From: the human T2T-CHM13v2.0 reference genome, Homo sapiens
Assembly (NCBI RefSeq): GCF_009914755.1
Contig: NC_060928.1
Strand: one strand, 5' to 3'
DNA: 64,000 nt
Part shown: positions 59,571 to 64,000 of the stretch, piece by piece
Layout of the letters: the number at the start of each line of letters is the position of its first letter
Numbering within the stretch: the first letter of the stretch is position 1
Made by a program: the position numbers and the translations under genes
The notes under the pieces: model-generated
Database searches by the model: none
What the model was told of the DNA's origin: nothing
What the model saw: the letters and a program-made list of their open reading frames with translations, nothing else

Positions 59571-60435
59571 TCATTAGTCACTTTATTTAACTCAGAAATG
59601 CTAAGGATAAAATTTTCTATCTGCCTAGCTTCATTTCCTACCTTCATTCTCATCCCAGACACTCTTAAATTATTTTCTTTCTATTGATTGATCATTCCTT
59701 TTCCTTTAACAATTTCTGCTGTTTTCTTTCATTCGTTATGGTAGTTGCAAATCTGGTACAACAAATGTAGTTTTGTTTAGTTTGGCTTTTTTTTCTTAAT
59801 TCAAAGCAAGAAGATCGCCAATAACTTAGAGTGTGCTAAGCATAATAAGTATGCTTCTGAAGCCAGAAATTTTGCTAAATAAGTTCCATTGAATTCAAAG
59901 GACAATTGTATATGAATGTTGTATGCTCTTAAGAGCACACACTTGCTAGTGTTTCTCTTTTACCAGTTAAAGCATGAAAATATTTAGATTGGTTTTTCAA
60001 TTTGATACAAACTTGAATGTTGTTGGTAGGTTGCTTCAGTTAATTTGCCCTAAAAAGAAGTAAGAAATATAATAATATTGTCCTTCTTACTGGGTTACCC
60101 AACTATGACAGGTTCTGCAAAGGAAATCCTAATTTCTTCAGACCATTAATCCTTTCACTTTCCCAAGAGCTTGTGAGGTGACCTCTGTGTCTGATGACCT
60201 GGTTCTCAAGAGTTAGATCAATGCCAGGAATTTTTTTCACAGAGTTCATGCCACGTTTATCCGAAAATAGGCTTTTTGGAATCCTGCTGGCTTCAGTTTA
60301 ATTTATGATTCAAATCAATGTTTTATGCTCATGGATATGTTAGTAGTAAGGTAAACACTCATACATTTTCAGTAAAAGAAGAAACTCAGCTATATTACAA
60401 ATATTTCAGAATACAATATGTTGAAGAGGCAATTT

Positions 60436-62143
<1,708 letters not shown>

Positions 62144-63207
62144 TTAAACTCATATTATTCTCCTTTACTAAATCCAGCTCAACATTAAAATAATGCATTA
62201 TTGTGCAAAAAGTAAAACAGGTTCTTGGTAATTATTGGCAAGCAGTTGATAATTATTACAGGGTGATTGTTCAAGCAGTCTGAAAAATACAACTCTCTAA
62301 AATTATTTTTTTCAAAAAAGAAGAAAAAAAACCTATCCAGAAGCATTCACAATTAATTTGTATAGTTTGTATCCCATCTGGAAACACTTCCATAGTTAAA
62401 ATGAAAACTATTTTAAGATCTGTCTCTCTATCTCGTTTGCTGACTTGCTTTTTTGACAATAAAGTTAGAAATATCAACAGTTTCACATAAAGTCTTAGTG
62501 TACTTTATGTGATTATTATTTTTTTTAAATCATAAGGCAAAAGTCACATTTCCCTGTTCCAGAAATTTGGACTTAGTATCATTGAGTGTACCTCATGGTA
62601 TATTTGAGGGTTTTACATGGACAGAGTCACTTTCACAAGTGACATTCATTGTGTAAGCCGTCCTTTCCTCCCATCACTCCACTTTCGAGGTATGTGAGTG
62701 CTCAGTGACAAAGACAAAGCAGATTACCTAAGACAAAAATGAAAGGAAAATCAGAAGCTTCATGTAAGTTTTACAAATATTTTACAAAATATTTGGCCTT
62801 TCAAATATATGAATAGAAATTTCATAGAAAGCCTGAAAAACAATTATTGTTTGTATAAAAATTTCTTTCTAGAGATGATAGATTCATTCAATTTTCTGAA
62901 ACTATCTTCTGAGGAATAATTCTGTCATTCTCCTCTGATTTTTCTCTCACATCTCCTTATCTTCCTTTAAGAAGCTAATTTCCTTGAAGTCTTTGATATT
63001 TTGTTTATTTTTTTTTAATGAGTTTTCCAAGAGTTCCTTTCAAAAATTAACACTAGTCTATGGTACAGACCCTGACAAAATTTTTTAGTGTCATCTTTGT
63101 TTGCTACGTTATTTGTCTTTTTGTTCTAACTTAAGGAAAAGTATACAAATGAATTAGTATTTTTCTTGTTTTATCATTTAAAAGTCATAAGTGCAATTGT
63201 ACGGTAA

Positions 63208-63580
<373 letters not shown>

Positions 63581-64000
63581 ACTATAGGCATTTTTATAGC
63601 CTTAATTTATAAGTACCACAAATATTTAATAATAACTAAGCTGGAAATGTTATAAAGTGAAATTAGATAACTCATACTTCATTGGAATATTTTTTGGTGT
63701 TCTTAGTTAAAATAACATTAGCATTTATTATTGTTATGGTTATTTTTCTGATCCTCTCTATATCATTTATATAGGCTTTTTATTAAACGAAAATTGCTAT
63801 TGAGCATGAAAAAATTCAGAATACATTCAGATTTAAAAAAGTAAAGAAATATTCACTTTCTTGCTTTCACATATATTATGTGAATTACTTATCACAATAT
63901 CCTGAAGCCTCAGTTATTTTACTGCTTTGTGGATAAGGCTTCTGATACTTGAAGAGATTAAGTACTTTGTTAAAAGTAACAATGACTAAATTGAAGTGAC

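Overview
Human intronic DNA from the adhesion GPCR gene ADGRL3 (latrophilin-3/LPHN3), transcribed on the + strand. Five coding exons are recognisable by translation and GT-AG boundaries: a 39-nt mini-exon (1999-2037) and four GAIN-domain exons (24120-24303, 25203-25325, 36209-36417, 37395-37571). The last exon carries the GPS HL|T cleavage site and the TNFAVLM tethered agonist. The rest is intron packed with Alu, L1, L2, MIR, MaLR/ERV LTR and DNA-transposon remnants. The main accessory feature is a full-length human-specific L1HS (Ta-0) inserted antisense at 29220-35257 with a 14-bp TSD. Its ORF1 and antisense ORF0 are intact, but ORF2 has a +1 frameshift. Its antisense promoter points into the host gene about 1 kb upstream of the GEIRVAF exon, and the first ORF0 splice donor is in frame with that exon. 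This predicts an ORF0-ADGRL3 fusion lacking the adhesion domains, and possibly L1 'gene breaking' of the receptor near its natural NTF/CTF boundary. Expression of these products is inferred, not shown. Repeat subfamily calls and recalled reference sequences were made by eye, without tools.
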